This document shows positions 12,676-26,038 of a stretch of 64,000 nt of DNA, in pieces. The stretch's first letter is position 1. The number at the start of each line of letters is the position of its first letter. The position numbers and the translations under genes were made by a program. Under the pieces are notes generated by a model. It was not told where the DNA came from and did no database searches. It saw nothing but the letters and a program-made list of their open reading frames with translations. This DNA is from Sphyrna mokarran (taxonomy: Eukaryota), in the NCBI GenBank assembly GCA_024679065.1, contig JAGIQG010000020.1, positions 8,060,001-8,124,000 on the forward strand. Reading direction: 5' to 3'.

Positions 12676-13419
12676 CTCTACAAATAAAGTAGGAACTGAG
12701 GACTTAATTAAAATAGCAAAAATAATACTGAAAAATAATGCAAAGAGTTCATGCACTTTGATTTCATCACCTTTGCAAATGAACCTCCCATAGAAAGCTG
12801 CTTCCTTTGAGTTCAGATGGGTCTTTTTTGGGAATACAATTATTTTAATTTTCTGAACTTTTATTAAAAATAGAACTTGAAAACAGCCTTAAAAACTTTA
12901 CAATTGATTGACACGTCATTTTTAAAAATAATAAGCAGAAATAGTGGAGTGAGATAGTAATGCAGCACAATATAGTAAATGGCCTGTTCAAAAAGACAAA
13001 AAGTCAAACCCCTTGTACTTTTCTCATGAAAATGCAATCTCTATTAGTAGGATAACTTAGAAATTAATCCTTGTAGGATTCCTACTGGTACGTGTTAACA
13101 ATAAGAGAGAATTGAAGACCCTGGGAAAAGCTGAGTAAAGATGAAGGGGATGATGTTCAGACTTGTCATGCTGATCAGCGTGGTAAGCTGGTAAGATTCT
13201 GAGAGAGGCAAAAAATCGGGTTCATGCTCGGTTTCTTGCCTTTTGCGATCTCACCAGCCCTGGATTGCCAGCAAATCAACCTTGCACTAAAAAATTTTTA
13301 AATCTGTTTTTAAATATGATTGATGAATTCAATCGTCTCACTTCCCGTAATGGCCTCACAGCTGAAGGTCCACACTGATGAGAATCTCTCATGGACTCAT
13401 CAATGCAGACCTGCTGTGA

Positions 13420-13508
13420 GTCACCTAATGAAGGAGCAATGTTCCAAAAGCTCGTGCTACCAAATAAACCTGTTGGACTTTAGCCTGGTGTTATGAGACT
13501 ACTTACTA
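13420..13508 (+). mobile_element. Short Penelope-like 3' end with decayed hammerhead core
   Basis: CTAATGAAGGAGC..GTTCCAAAAGCTCGTGCTACCAAATAAACCTGTTGGACTT; matches PLE termini at 35290-35390 and 55773-55870. Confidence 0.65.
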
Positions 13509-13894
13509 TCTAAACATCAGTAGAAGTGGGACAGCTGTATCTTCTGGGTTATGTGACAATGTTTTTGACTACTGACAATGATAGGAAGTACAACTTAATC
13601 AATGCAAACATTTAACATTTCAACAAAATTTGCACTTTAACAACGTAGTAAAATATGCCAAGGTATTTTATAGGAGCACTATCATCTAAAAACTGACATT
13701 GTGCCATATATGGTGAGATTAGGACTTGTAACTAAAGGCTCATACAAATAAATAGGTAGAAAATTTCTAATGAACTTGTCACCTATCAATGAAACTATCT
13801 TAGTGGACCTCTTAACAAGGTCCCTTTTCTACTGCTTATCATCAAGATGTTTTGTATGGCAAGGTAAAGTTGAAATTGAGACCAAAGGTTCAAG

Positions 13895-14240
13895 ACAGCA
13901 GCACAGTGACGCAATGGTTAGCACTACTGCTTCACAACATCAGGAACGCGGGTTCGATTCCAACCTGGATGATTGTTGCAAACCCCACACACATTCTCCT
14001 GGTGGGTGTTTTTTCCAGATGCTCTGCTTTTCTCCCACAGTCCAAAGATGTGCAAGTTAGGTGGATTCATTATAATCAATTGCCCAAGATATGTAGGTTA
14101 GATGGATTAGCCATGGCAAGAGCACAGTGAAATGGGGTTAGGACTGGGAAGGGCAGGGTGGGTGGCTGGAGCTGGGAAACATGTTGAATTGGTGCAGAAT
14201 CAATGGACCTAATAGCATTCTTCCGCACTGTAGGAATTGT
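13895..14240 (+). mobile_element. HE1-like SINE
   Basis: SINE head and core. Confidence 0.75.
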
Positions 14241-14327
14241 AAGACAGGAGGTAGTGGATTCATGGACAAGGTGAGGGAAACATGATCTAGGGTTGAGGAG
14301 AAGTTTTGGAACATTGTTCATCAAGGA

Positions 14328-14658
14328 TGGCGGCTCGGTAGCACAGTGGTTAGCATTGCTGCTTCACAGCTCCAGGGACCTGGATTTGATTTCCTTCCTC
14401 GGGTCACTGTCTGTGTGGAGTTTGCACACTCTCCTCATGTCTGTGAGGGTTTCTTCCGGGTGCTCCAGTTTCCTCTCTCAGTCCAAAGATGTGTGGGTTA
14501 GGTTAATTGCCATACTAAAATTGTCCCTTAGTGTCCTAAAATGCTTAGGTTAGAGGGATTAGCGAGTAATAATATGTAGGGACATGGGGGTAGGGCCTGG
14601 GTGGGATTGTAGTTGGTGCAGGCTCCAAGGGCCTCTTCCTGCACTGTAGGATTCTATG
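14328..14658 (+). mobile_element. HE1-like SINE
   Basis: GGCGGCTCGGTAGCACAGTGGTTAGC head through GGATTCTATG tail. Confidence 0.8.
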
Positions 14659-14919
14659 TAGGGAGGAGGCATAGGGATGTTGGAAGGCTGGAATAATTGA
14701 TGAGCACCAGAGAGGAATTTCTTCCCTCTTATATACGTAAAATACAACTCCTTTCCTTTTCCAGAAATAATTTTTAAGCATACAAATACACACACACACA
14801 CACAGTTCCCCGAGAAAGAATTAGCACCACATATTGAGGTAGTAAATTGAGAAATGCTTTGCATCTATCAGCAGCTTTTGTTTTCTAGTACTTTAAACTG
14901 GTTTGCTCTTAACAGAATT

Positions 14920-14930
14920 AGGAAGTGAAA
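14920..14930 (+). promoter_or_regulatory. Candidate PU.1/IRF composite element (EICE) AGGAAGTGAAA
   Basis: Exact GGAAnnGAAA match, 10.6 kb 3' of the C exon, in apparently unique sequence. Confidence 0.35.
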
Positions 14931-15289
14931 GAAACCATATGGGTTAACCAACCAAACGGCAAGCAGTGATAACTTGGCTTTTGCTGCCCTCTGCCGCTCA
15001 CAAAACTTCAAAGTTTTAAAAATAAATCTCTTGGTTCTCAAGCAGCATTTACTCAGTAACATCCTGCTCACTGCTTCTCGATTTTGGCTCCATTAGGATC
15101 ATTCAACTCCAAGTCTCATTAAAGATTTGATACAAGCCTGGATGAAGTTCGAGGTGAGAGTCACTGCCCTTGACAGTCAGTATTTAACACTGAGCATCAA
15201 GGAGTCTGAGCAAAATTGAGAATAGGGAAAGAGGATGGGATTTCGAGTGAATTTGGGGAGGTGGGGGTGGCGGATACATTGGTTGGAGT

Positions 15290-15592
15290 CATAGAATAGA
15301 ATCTCCACACAGAGAGGCCAATCAGCGCATCGAGACTGCACCACAATCCCACTCAGGCCCTACTCCCTATATATTCACCCTGCTAATCTCCCGACAATAG
15401 GGTCAATTTAGCATGCCCAATCCCACCTAACTCACATTCCTCTGGGCTGTGGGAGGAAACCGGAGCACCTAAAGGAAACCAACACAGACACAGGGACAAC
15501 ATGCAGACTCCATACAGACCGAGGCTGGAATTGAACCCGGGTCCTCGGCGTTGTGAGGCAGCATGCTAACCGCTGTGCCACCATACTGCCAC
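15290..15592 (-). mobile_element. HE1-like SINE
   Basis: SINE head and core. Confidence 0.75.
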
Positions 15593-15734
15593 TCCCCCAC
15601 CCTCGCCTCCTGCCATACCTAACACAAAGGAAAATGGTATTTGAAAGCCGAATATTTCAGCTCCAATACGAGTTCTTCACAACAATGTCTTAAGCCAAAT
15701 CATCCTTAGATGCTCCATCAATAACCTTCGCTCC

Positions 15735-15864
15735 NNNNNNNNNNNNNNNNNNNNNNNNNNNNNNNNNNNNNNNNNNNNNNNNNNNNNNNNNNNNNNNNNN
15801 NNNNNNNNNNNNNNNNNNNNNNNNNNNNNNNNNNNNNNNNNNNNNNNNNNNNNNNNNNNNNNNN
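15735..15864. other. Assembly gap (130 N)
   Basis: N run followed by about 95 bp of A/C-only sequence. Confidence 1.
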
Positions 15865-15964
15865 AAAAAACCACCACAACAAAACCACCCCACAACACCC
15901 CACAAAAAAAAACAAAACAAAACAACCACAAAAAAAACAAAAACAAACAAACAAAAAAAAAGAC

Positions 15965-16257
15965 GTGATAGCCTTTTTCCTAGATGGAAAAGCTAGCCGA
16001 GGGGAACACTTTAAATTAGGGGTATAGTTATAGGACGATATCAGAGGTAGGTTCTTACAAGGTGATTGGGAGTGGAATGCCCTCCTGCAGCGTTGTAGAT
16101 GGCCAAGTTTGGTGGCGTTTAAGAGGTTAGTTGATAAGTATATGGAGAGAAGGATGTTTAGTTAGAGGGGCATGCTTTTATTTTGGTCGGCACAACATCG
16201 AAGGCCGAAGGGCCTGTTCTGTGCTGTATTGTTCTATGTTCTATGTTCTATGTTCTA
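15965..16257 (+). mobile_element. Young CR1 LINE 3' end with (GTTCTAT)n tail
   Basis: Nearly collinear with 50865-51168 but with many 1-bp deletions; tandem GTTCTAT tail. Confidence 0.85.
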
Positions 16258-16259
16258 TA

Positions 16260-18090
16260 CAAATTAGTGGCCACCTAGCCCTTGAGCCTAATTCACCATT
16301 CAATAAGATCATGGCTGATCTAACTGTGATCTCAATTCCACATTTCTGCTTACCCTGGTAACATTTCACTCCCTTACTTCGTCTACCGTCTACCTCTGTC
16401 TTAAAACTATTCACTGACTACTACCAGGACCTTTTGAGGGAGGGAGTTCCAAAGACTCACAACTGTCTGAAGTAAAAAAAGACACTCATCTGAATCCTAA
16501 GTGGGTGCCTGTTTATTTTTAAACAGTGACCTCCAGTTGTAGACGCTTCCATCCTTTTCCCATCCACCCTGTCAAGTCCCCTCAGGATTGGGGGGTGGGG
16601 GGGGGTGTTATTTTCCAGCCATGTTTGTTCCAAGATCAGAAAACCCTACTCAAAGTCAACAGACCTTTGCATGGTCCACACTGCCCCCATGATTCCAATG
16701 GCAGGCAGGAGGGGAAAATTCTGCCCTATTTGTTTCAATCAAGTCACCTCTTACTCTGCTGAACTCCAACAGGTACTAGCCAAGCCTGTTCAGCTTTTCC
16801 TCACCCATTCCAAATGTTAGTCTCCAGCATAATTACAACCATCCTTAAATAAAGAGACCAATATGTACACAGTATTCCAGATGTGATCTCATCAATTCCC
16901 TCGTTAACTGAAGCATAACCTCCCAATTTTTGTATTCAATTCCCCTTGCAATAACTAATAACATTCTGTAAGCTTTCCCAACTACCTGCTGTACCTGCAT
17001 ACTAACCTTTTGTCCGTCAAACACTCGCACACCCAGATCCTTCTGCACCTGAGCTTGTCAATTTCTCACTAATTTAGACCATACGCTTCTTCCAAATCTT
17101 TCCTGCCAAACTGGACAGTTTCACATTTGCCTGATCTTTGCCCACTCACTTGTCCTATCTATAATCCCTTTATAGCCTTATGTGCTCTTCACAACTTAAC
17201 TTCTATTGCATCTTTGTGACATTAGCAAATTTAGCAACCATACCTTTGGTCTCTTCATCCAGATTATTCACACAAATTGCAGAAAGCTAAGGCTCCAGCA
17301 CTGATCCCTGAGGCACATCTCTCATTACATCCTGCCAACCCAGAAAATGATATATTTACTCTTACTCTCTTGCCTTCCTGTTAGTTACTCAATCTTTCTC
17401 CATGTCAACATGCTAACCCCTAACCCATAAGCTTTTATTTTCCACAAGAATGTTTAATGTGGCACCTAATCAAATCACAGTACTTCCAGTGGTTCTCCAT
17501 CATCCACAGCATTTGCTTCTTCTTCAAAGAACTGTAATAAACATGATTTCCCTTTCACAAAACTGTGTTGACTCTATCTGATTACCTTCATTTTTTCAAG
17601 AGTCTTGCTACAACACTGATAAAAATAACTTCCAGCATTTTCCTTATGACAGATGATAAGCTAACTAACCTGTAGGCTAGCTTTCCATCTCCCTCCCTTA
17701 TTGGATAAAGGAATTACATTTGTTATTTTCCAATCTAACAGAATCTTTGCTGAATCTAGGGAATTTTGCAAAATTAAAACTATTGGATCAATTATCTAAC
17801 TAGCCTCTTCTTTTGAGACAAATCCATCAGATCCAGAGAGTCTACAGCTCCAGTCATTTGTTCAGCACCACTTCCCCGGTGTTGTAATTTTCTTGAATTT
17901 CACCTCCCTGGTTTATTTTCCAGGATGTTGCCTGTATCTGCTAGTGAAGACTGATGAAAATGCTTGTTCAATTCTTCTGCCATCTCCCCATTTTCTATGA
18001 GTAATTTCCCAGACTCTCATTCTCTCAAACCACCACTCACATTGTTAATTCTTTTTTTAAATATCTGTTAAAAGCTCTTACTGTCTTCGT
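16260..18090 (-). mobile_element. CR1-type LINE remnant
   Basis: Minus ORF QKDLGV...HLEYCV; degenerate RT segments. Confidence 0.7.
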
Positions 18091-18257
18091 ATTTCCAACT
18101 GGAGATAAATAAGCTAAGAAGTGTGGATGTTCGCTGACAATTGCAGCCTTCAGTACCATTCACAGCTCCTCAGATGCTGAAGTAATCTGAACTTCGTGCA
18201 GTGAGTCAGGAACAATATTCAGGTTGAGGTTGATAAATGACAAGTTGCATTTATATC

Positions 18258-18545
18258 GCACAGTGATTAGCATTGCTGCCTCACAACACCAGTGACCCGG
18301 GTTTGATTTCCAGATTGGGCCACTGCATGGAGTCTGCACGTTTTTCCATGTGCCTGCATGGGTTTCTTCTGGGTGCTCCGGTTTCCTCCCACAAGACCGA
18401 AAGATCTGCTGGTTAGGTGCACTGACCATGCTAAATTCTCTCTCTATTCCCAAACAGGCGCAGAAATGCGCTGATTAGATTTTCACAGTAACTCCATTGC
18501 AGTGTTTATCTACTCATGTCACAAGTCGCCTTATATTAAGCTTAA
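18258..18545 (+). mobile_element. HE1-related SINE
   Basis: SINE head and core. Confidence 0.7.
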
Positions 18546-18954
18546 AACTTTATTCCAATAGGAGAGTAACCCACTTCTCAAAGCCGTTCACAATCTACAA
18601 GACACAGCTCAGGAGTGCAGTGAAATACTCTCCACTTCTCTGGATGAGTGTAGTTCCAACGCCACTCAATTATCCCAACACATCCCACCCCCGCCCCACC
18701 ATTGCACTGTATGACTGAATATGCTCCCTATTGGTGCTACTGGTATTAAATCCGGGAGACTATAAAATAATAGAAACACTGACCATGCGGCAGTGGGATG
18801 GTGTTTGTGGGGAAGTCACAACTCTCTCTGATGACTGACAGCCACTGCGTGACACACACCTTTGATAGCATCTTCCAAACACACAACCTCCAGCATCTAG
18901 AGGGGCAACGGCAACAGATGCAAGGAAACATGATGACATGCAAGTTCTCCTCTG

Positions 18955-19240
18955 GCAGCAAAGCGGTACAGTGGTTGGCACTGTTGCTTCACAGCGCCAG
19001 GGACCTGGGTTTGATCCTGGCCTCAGGTGGAGTTTGCACGTTCTTCTTGTGTCTGCATGGGTTTCCTCTGGGTGCTCCAATTTCCTCCCACACTCCAAAA
19101 ATCTGTGGGTTTGGTTAATTGATCACGCTTAATTGCCCTTTAGTATCGGGGTAAATATGTTAATGGGATAGAACCTGAGTGGAATTCTTGTTGGTGCAGG
19201 TTTGATGGGCTGAATGGCCTCCTCCTGCACTATAGGGATT
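18955..19240 (+). mobile_element. HE1-like SINE
   Basis: SINE head and core. Confidence 0.75.
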
Positions 19241-19887
19241 GTGTGAATGCTGACTATCACTGAGTGAAACGCCTGGAACAGCACGGAGTGTGGCTATAGC
19301 AGTTTAAAGTGGCAGCTCATCACCAGCTTTTCAAGAGCACTTAGGAATGGGTAAGAAATGCTGGCCTTGACAGTGATGCTCAAATCCCTGGAGCAAATTT
19401 TTAAAAAATAATCAGCTATGGCACCTCACTGCAATGTTGGGAATGTGGACTGTAAAAAATGGCCACTCACAGAGAGTTCAAACAAAATGGGGGACAAAAA
19501 AAATACAAACCTGCTCCACCAAAACCCTTTTGTAACTAGAGTTTGTATTGGCTGGTGTTATTTCATTCCATGTTGTGAAGGAAGACCCAATAAGAATTCC
19601 AAGGGATCAATATTATTTACATCAAAATTTATAGCTTATTCAATGAAAAAGTCTATCCAGCCAATTTCAATCCACTATATAATGATCCAGTTAACTCTCT
19701 CTCTCACTCCCTTCTGATTTTAATACTTAAATCTCAGGAGGATTAGAACCAAGTGCCCCATATTTTCAGGCATTGCCTCTTATTTTGGCTGTCTCTTGTC
19801 TCTCATTTCTAGGACAGTTTATAAGCAGGCTGAATTTGGCAATCTTCTTTTGCTTGTGTTCCTTATTGTGAGCACTGTGGCTATCAG

Positions 19888-19901
19888 CCACCAGAGGGAG
19901 C
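19888..19901 (+). promoter_or_regulatory. Candidate CTCF site CCACCAGAGGGAGC
   Basis: Close match to the vertebrate CTCF core CCASYAGRKGGCRS; lies between IgL and the HIRA 3' end. Confidence 0.4.
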
Positions 19902-20409
19902 TTTAATCACCCTTCCCTCGGTTCAGCAACACCATTACCTCAAACACCATCCCACTTCCCCACCATCAGTGTATTTATTACTTTATAGTCTTCTTGACTC
20001 GGTACCAGCAACGCCAACAAGGAGCACATTCAGCCCCCCTACAGTGCGGTGCAGCATAGCTCTGAATCCTGACCACACAAGGCCGCAAAGCAACTACCGG
20101 GCGCACCTAACACTACAAACAGAAAGCGAGTAAAGCTCAAGTCCATTTGACTGAGGTGACATACACCAGCAGCAAGAAGGTTGGCAGGGAAATAATAGTG
20201 GGGGCACTGCAAGCCTGGGGCGGGGCAAGGCAGGACAGGGATAAAGAAAGAGCAAGAACAAGGCCCAGGAGCAAAGGCTGAGTCAGACCAGGGATGAGGT
20301 AGGAGAGAGCTCTAAAAAAGAGCGAGGGACTTCCTGATAGAATCGCAATGTTTAGGAAAAAAAATTATAATATGACAAAGAGGGAAGTTACTGATTATTT
20401 AGAAAAGTT

Positions 20410-20770
20410 CATAAGATATAGGAGCTGAATTAGGCTTTTGGCCCACCCAGTCTGCTCTGCCATTCAATCATGGCTGATATGCTCCTCATTCCCATTTTCC
20501 TGCCTTCTTTCCACCACCCCCCCCCAACAATTACCAATTAAATATCTAACTCCTCCTTAAATTTATTCACTGTTCCAGCATCCACTGCACTTTGGGGTAG
20601 GGAATCCCAGACTCACAACCCTTTGTGAGAAATACTTTCTCCTCAACTCTGTTTTCACTTGGCTACCCATTATCCTAAGACTATGACCTCTCAGCCCAGA
20701 ATGCCCTACCAGTGGAAGCATCCACTCAACATCTACTTTATCCATATCCTTTATCATCTTGTATACCTCA
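20410..20770 (-). mobile_element. CR1 LINE 3' end
   Basis: EVYKMIK...LRGHSLRI...YFSQRVV in minus ORF. Confidence 0.75.
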
Positions 20771-20974
20771 ACACTTTGGCAAGCATTTCTCTTTTCTCTT
20801 CCTAAACTAGGACACTTCTTCAAATTGGCAAGTGAGAAATCAAAAATTTCAATCAGGCTAAGTGGATTAATACTAAATATCAGTACAGAGCAGTCCAGAG
20901 CCATTCTTTTAGATTAATAATTTAAACAAGACACAAATTAGATTCTAATAGAGGGAATAGAGTTTTTTTTAGGT

Positions 20975-21390
20975 TTACAAGAATGTTGCCAGGGCTAAGA
21001 AAGCGTAGCTATGAGGAGAGATTGGGGTGATTTTCCTCTGAACATAGGCAAGGGTGACTTGATAGAGATGTACAAAATTATGAGGGGAAGAGATAGAGTG
21101 GACAGGATAAAATTGTTTCCCTTGGGTGAATTCTAGAACCAGGGAACATAGAGTGATAATAGGTGTAGAGGAGATATGAGGAAGTACAATTTTGTGCAAA
21201 GTATGATGGCTGTTAAGAGGCCCTGAACTCTTTTGAAAAGTACCTGGATCTGCACTTTAAGTGCTGTAAGCTACAGAGCTATGGGCCGGGTACGGGAAGA
21301 TGGGATTAGTAAGGGCACCTGGGTGTCCTTGAGCTGGCACGGACTAAATGGGCCGAATTGCCTCCTTCTGTGCTGTAACTTTTCTATGCT
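20975..21390 (+). mobile_element. CR1 LINE 3' end
   Basis: Degenerate DLIEMYKIMRG..DRV..LFP and 3' UTR. Confidence 0.7.
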
Positions 21391-21419
21391 TCTAACCGAC
21401 ACTACTTCTTGCAATTCCT

Positions 21420-23740
21420 ATACTATACAGGGACTTCAGGATACTTCATGTGTCGTAGGGTTGTCACATGTGTAGGGAATGTCTTCAACTGCCTGAGCTT
21501 GAGTTCAGGGTTTCTGAGTTTGAGTGGCAACTGCAGTCACTGCACAGCAGTGGGGAGGGTGAATGTTCCCAGGATCAAATACTGCAGGAGGTGGTTACCC
21601 AGCAAAGAGTGAGAATTCAAGAAGATGGAAGAATATGTGAAAGAAAGGAAGTGCCGGAGTCTTCAATGTGTAAGCCACTCTCAAATAGGTACTCAGCATT
21701 GGAAACTGCTGGGGGAACATAAGAAACAGTAGCAGGAGTAGGCTATCAAGCCCCTCGAGCCTGCTCCATGACAACATCTCGAAGGAATGTCCAGACAACA
21801 GCAGCATTCGGCAAAGGACTGTATCAGAAGGAAGAGCAAAGATCAGCAAGCGTCATTATTGTACATCCCACAGTTCGAGTGACAGGCAGGCATTTCTGTA
21901 ACTATCATTGTGAATCCAATAGGATCTGTTCCCTTCCTGCCAGCATAAGGGACATCACAGAAGGGTGCAGGATAGTTTTCAGGGGGAAAGAATGAAGTTG
22001 TGATACATAGCGGTACCATCAACATAGAGGACACAGGTATTCGGGTCCTACGGTCAGATTTTCAGGAGTTAGGGAGAAAGTATCAGATGCCAATAGTAGT
22101 ACTCTGAATTACAAACAGTGTTGCACCTTGGCAAAGTAGAAATAGGAAGATAGGATCAATTTCTGGCTTGCAGGATGGAGGGCTTTGGATTCTTAGGAAG
22201 TTGACTAGTGTAGTTGGAGAAAGCTTAAACTGAGATAAATTTAAATTAGGTTGATGGGGATGGGCATGTCTAAGAAGGAAAGGAGAATAGGTTTACTTAT
22301 CAGCAATGGTTTTAAAAACAATTAAATGAAAAAAAATCAATAGGCACTAGAGGAAGTTTGAGTTATTTAAAAGGAGCCAATTTGGATTTGCTAAAAGACA
22401 AAACCTGCTTGACTAATCTAGGTGAATCTTTTGATGAAAAGTTTTAAAGTTTATTTATGAGTATCAAAGGTAAGCTTACATTAACATTGCAATGAAGTTA
22501 CTGTAAAAATCCTCTGGTGGTCACACTCTGGTGCCTGTTTGGGCACACTGAGGGAGAATTAGCATGGCCAATGCACCTAATCATTATGTCTTTCAGGCTG
22601 TGGGGGGAAATTAGAGCATCTGGAGGAAACTCACGCAGACATGGGGAGAATATGCAGATTCAAACTGGGAATCGAACCCGGATCCTTGGCGCTGTGAGGC
22701 AGCAGTGCTATACACTGTGCCATCGTGTTACCCCATCCGTAAGAGAGATGGTTGATGAAGGGAATGCAATGAATATTGTCTATATGAATTTCAAGGAAGT
22801 ATAAGATAAGGTATCACTCACAAGACAGGTTAACAATATTAAGGCTCATGGAATAGGAAAGTCAGTATCAACTTAGATGAAAAATTGGCTTAAGGATGAT
22901 ATTGGAATACAGGAAAAGCATTTTAAAACTTGCCAATGATGCCAAACTTGAAGTGTGGCAATGTGAGAATTGACTGCAATAAGACATAAATAGGTTAGCA
23001 AGATGGACAGATGGAATTTAATACAGAAAAGTGTGATGATACATTTTGGCAGATGGGCTAGGGAGATTACTTATAAATCTAATAGTATAATTCTAAAGAG
23101 TGTGCAGAAACAGAGGGAGCTTGGGGGAGCAGGAAGAAGTTGGGGCATATGTTTAGATCTATGAAGGTATATAGAGTTATTGAGTACAAAAACAGGCAAG
23201 TTATGTGAACCTTTATAAAAGATTTGGTTAGGGCCAACTAGGGTATTTTGTCCAGTTCTGATTCATCACAGTTTAGGAAGGATATGAGGGTCCTTGAGAG
23301 GGTGCAGAAGAGATTTACCTGACTAGTTCCAGGGATGAAGGGTCAGGAAACTTGAGGTCATTCTCCATGCTGCAAAGGAGATTGAGAGGCAACCTGATCG
23401 AGGATTATGACAGGTTTTTAAAAGGTCTACATAGAAATATGTTCCCATTGATTAATGGTACAAATATCAGTGAACACAGATTTAAGATTTTGGGCAAGAG
23501 ATGCAAAGGAGATGTCAGGAGAATCATTTTTATGCAATGACTTGGAACTTGCTGCCCATGGGAGTGGTGGAAGTGGCAAAATCATGATTTGAAAATAAAA
23601 TTGAATAAGAACTTGAGGAAAATAAATTTGGAGGGCAATAGGGATAGAACAAGGAATTGGGAGTGACTGGGTTGTTTGCTGAAGAACCAATATATATTCA
23701 GAAGCCTTGTTCTGTATCCTAATGACACTATGATTCTTCC
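21420..23740 (+). mobile_element. Internally deleted CR1 LINE (ORF1 remnant plus ORF2 3' part), interrupted by a SINE at about 22440-22735 (-)
   Basis: CRECLQLPELEFRVSEFEWQLQSL and PLSNRYSALE (CR1 ORF1-like); downstream VDEGNAMNIVYMNFK and QRRLRGNLIE (ORF2-like). Confidence 0.7.
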
Positions 23741-24463
23741 CGAGTTTGTTTCAGTTTCTCGATGTAAAATTTAATCAACAGATTGTAACTAGAAATTTGA
23801 ATGTATGAGTATAGAGACCTAGCAGTTTAAGACTGCATTTACGCAGCAGCAAGTTGTCTTTTTAGAAACATTTTTCAGTTCAAGTTACAGAGCCAATGCT
23901 CATAACGGACCAGGCAAACCCAAATCCATTCCTTGCTTTTTCCAAAACCAAATTCAAAATCCAACTGAATCCAATCCATGGTCCCCTCAAACAAGACAAA
24001 GAAGTCCAGGCTAACAACATAATGCATTGCACTCCATCTTGAGCTTGTAGTCTGCAGTTCAGGTTTGAAACACACGGGTTCTGATTTGGACTTCCTAGTA
24101 TTAAGGATGGGGATCCAATTGCTATACTGCATCACCGAGCTCACAGTTCCTGCCTCGATTCTATGTTCAGGATATTGGGAAGTCAAGTACAAAACAGTGA
24201 GGCCTCAGTGGTTTCAAACTTAGACTGCAGACCACTTATTTCAGTCTTGAGCAACTTGCACTCCATGCAAAGCTCAGATATCTTAAATGATGGTACATTT
24301 ACATATTCTTGATCACTGTTCAATTCACCAAGTACAATCTGCACTTTTTGCCTAACTCAATAATACATAGCCGGGCTTGTTTTGAAGTGGGAGGTACCCT
24401 CTTGGTGCCTTACATGGAATGCTGTAATTCCAACAGGGAAAAACAGAGATGTAATATTCTATC

Positions 24464-24469
24464 TTTATT
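24464..24469 (-). terminator. HIRA: HIRA poly(A) signal
   Basis: AATAAA on minus about 740 nt after the stop, at the end of a repeat-free U-rich 3' UTR. Confidence 0.6.
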
Positions 24470-25208
24470 TTATAAAAAAGAACAAAAAAAATTTGCCTGT
24501 ATAAAGTTAAAAGGTACCAAAGGGCGGATTAGGTTTATGTACATCTCTGCCATATCCATGGTCACTCATTAGAATTTCATTTTTCCCATTCACACTTTTA
24601 AACAATGACAGACGGTAAACAAATGTGTAACTTAGTACATCAGGCAAACGGAAAACTACATCATGAAAAGTCTGAACTCAGCCGTTTCCTCCACTGAGGA
24701 GGCTCCAAGGTCTGGCAGCTTTCACATCTGTGTTGCCCTTCCCGTTCTGTGGAAAGGAACAGCCAGTAAATTGCTGAGTGTCATACAGCATTGGACTTGG
24801 TAGCTTATAGTGGGCAAGGGCTGTGAAGTCACTCTATCTGGTAAGTAAGGGGGCCAGTGTACATTACAAGTTGGATAGAGTCTTTAATCTTGGTCGCTTC
24901 CAACCAAACTCTGGGTGGAGCATTAGCCCCCTGGTCACCGATGTCCTGCAGTACAGCCGCAAATCATCTCTCGTGTGCACAGCACAGCCGCTAGTTGTGA
25001 AGTGATGCATTCAGACCAGCAGCGCTGTTTCTGTGAGAAGGTCATCACCTGGCGTGGGCCAGCTTGGTGTAACATAACGTGGACCCATCTCTAAGGCTGA
25101 ACCCCAAATCCTCTAAGTCCATCTCTCCCAAGCGGGGTCACCGGCTGACCACAGCAAATCTCCCAGAGAACTACCACGGTCAGATCTTCAAAACATTACT
25201 GGGTAGTG

Positions 25209-25325
25209 CTACTTGTCTCTCAGGAGATCCAGCTGGTCCTGATACTCTGTGAAGAGTCTCTGGAATCGAAGATTCTGTCCAATCACGGGAAGCATCTCCT
25301 TTAGCAGCTCTCTCTTCCGCAGTCC
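25209..25325 (-). CDS. HIRA: HIRA terminal coding exon (GLRKRELLKEMLPVIGQNLRFQRLFTEYQDQLDLLRDK*)
   Basis: Near identical to the recalled vertebrate HIRA C-terminus; CAG acceptor, TAG stop. Confidence 0.95.
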   Translation of the reverse strand, partial: GLRKRELLKEMLPVIGQNLRFQRLFTEYQDQLDLLRDK

Positions 25326-26038
25326 CTGCATATGGAATGAAGAAATCTTTCAGATAAAGGCTGAAGTAGCACTGATTTTTTTTTTGCTTGGCTGGTCGGG
25401 GAGTTTAAGATTAAAGGACAAAGCATACATATTCAACTCCTACATGTAACAGTACAGACTGCAGCACCTAACTCCCTCAGGGTGACAGTGCACTCTGCAG
25501 TACACAATCCTTCATTGACGTTAATAGTGCAGACTGCAGGATTCAATCTCTCACTTGCATTAATAGTGCACAGTGTAGCAAATTCAAATGATGCAGCAGA
25601 ACCTGTCTCTCCCTTTGATTGAGTAGAATTGTGAGTTTTAATATGTTACAAAATGCACGTACCAATCGACAGTGGCTGTATATAGAAAAGGAATTTGTCA
25701 ATAAATCCAGTCTTTGAGACGAAAAAGTTGAGCTTTCATATTTTTCTCTTTCTATTTCCCCACTCAAAATTTCCTCCTCAACCGATGACACCAGCACATT
25801 CTGGAACCTGGTTCCACTGATATCCACAACTCACAAGAGGCAATAAAAACACAGCATTTCTAAAATTCTGCAGATCAAACAGAACTATACTGCTCACAAA
25901 ATACTGGTCACATTCTAATTACATATGGAGATAATTTCAGCCATTCTCCAGTGTTTTAATGCTGTCTTCACACACTAGAGTTTGCAGCCTGAAATGTTAA
26001 ATTCTCTCTCTCCAAGTTGCTGGCTGCACTATGCTTAC

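Noticed and set aside
15677-15954. Hydrophobic ORFs spanning the gap
   Set aside because: Artefacts of the N run and the A/C tract.
25177-25230. Possible frameshifted, extended HIRA C-terminus
   Set aside because: Careful reading gives CTG AGA GAC AAG TAG, the normal LRDK* end.
25662-25810. Exon-like minus ORF (FQNVLVSSVEEEIL...) in the last HIRA intron
   Set aside because: The flanking exons already join in frame to give canonical HIRA, and there is no similarity to a protein I recognise.
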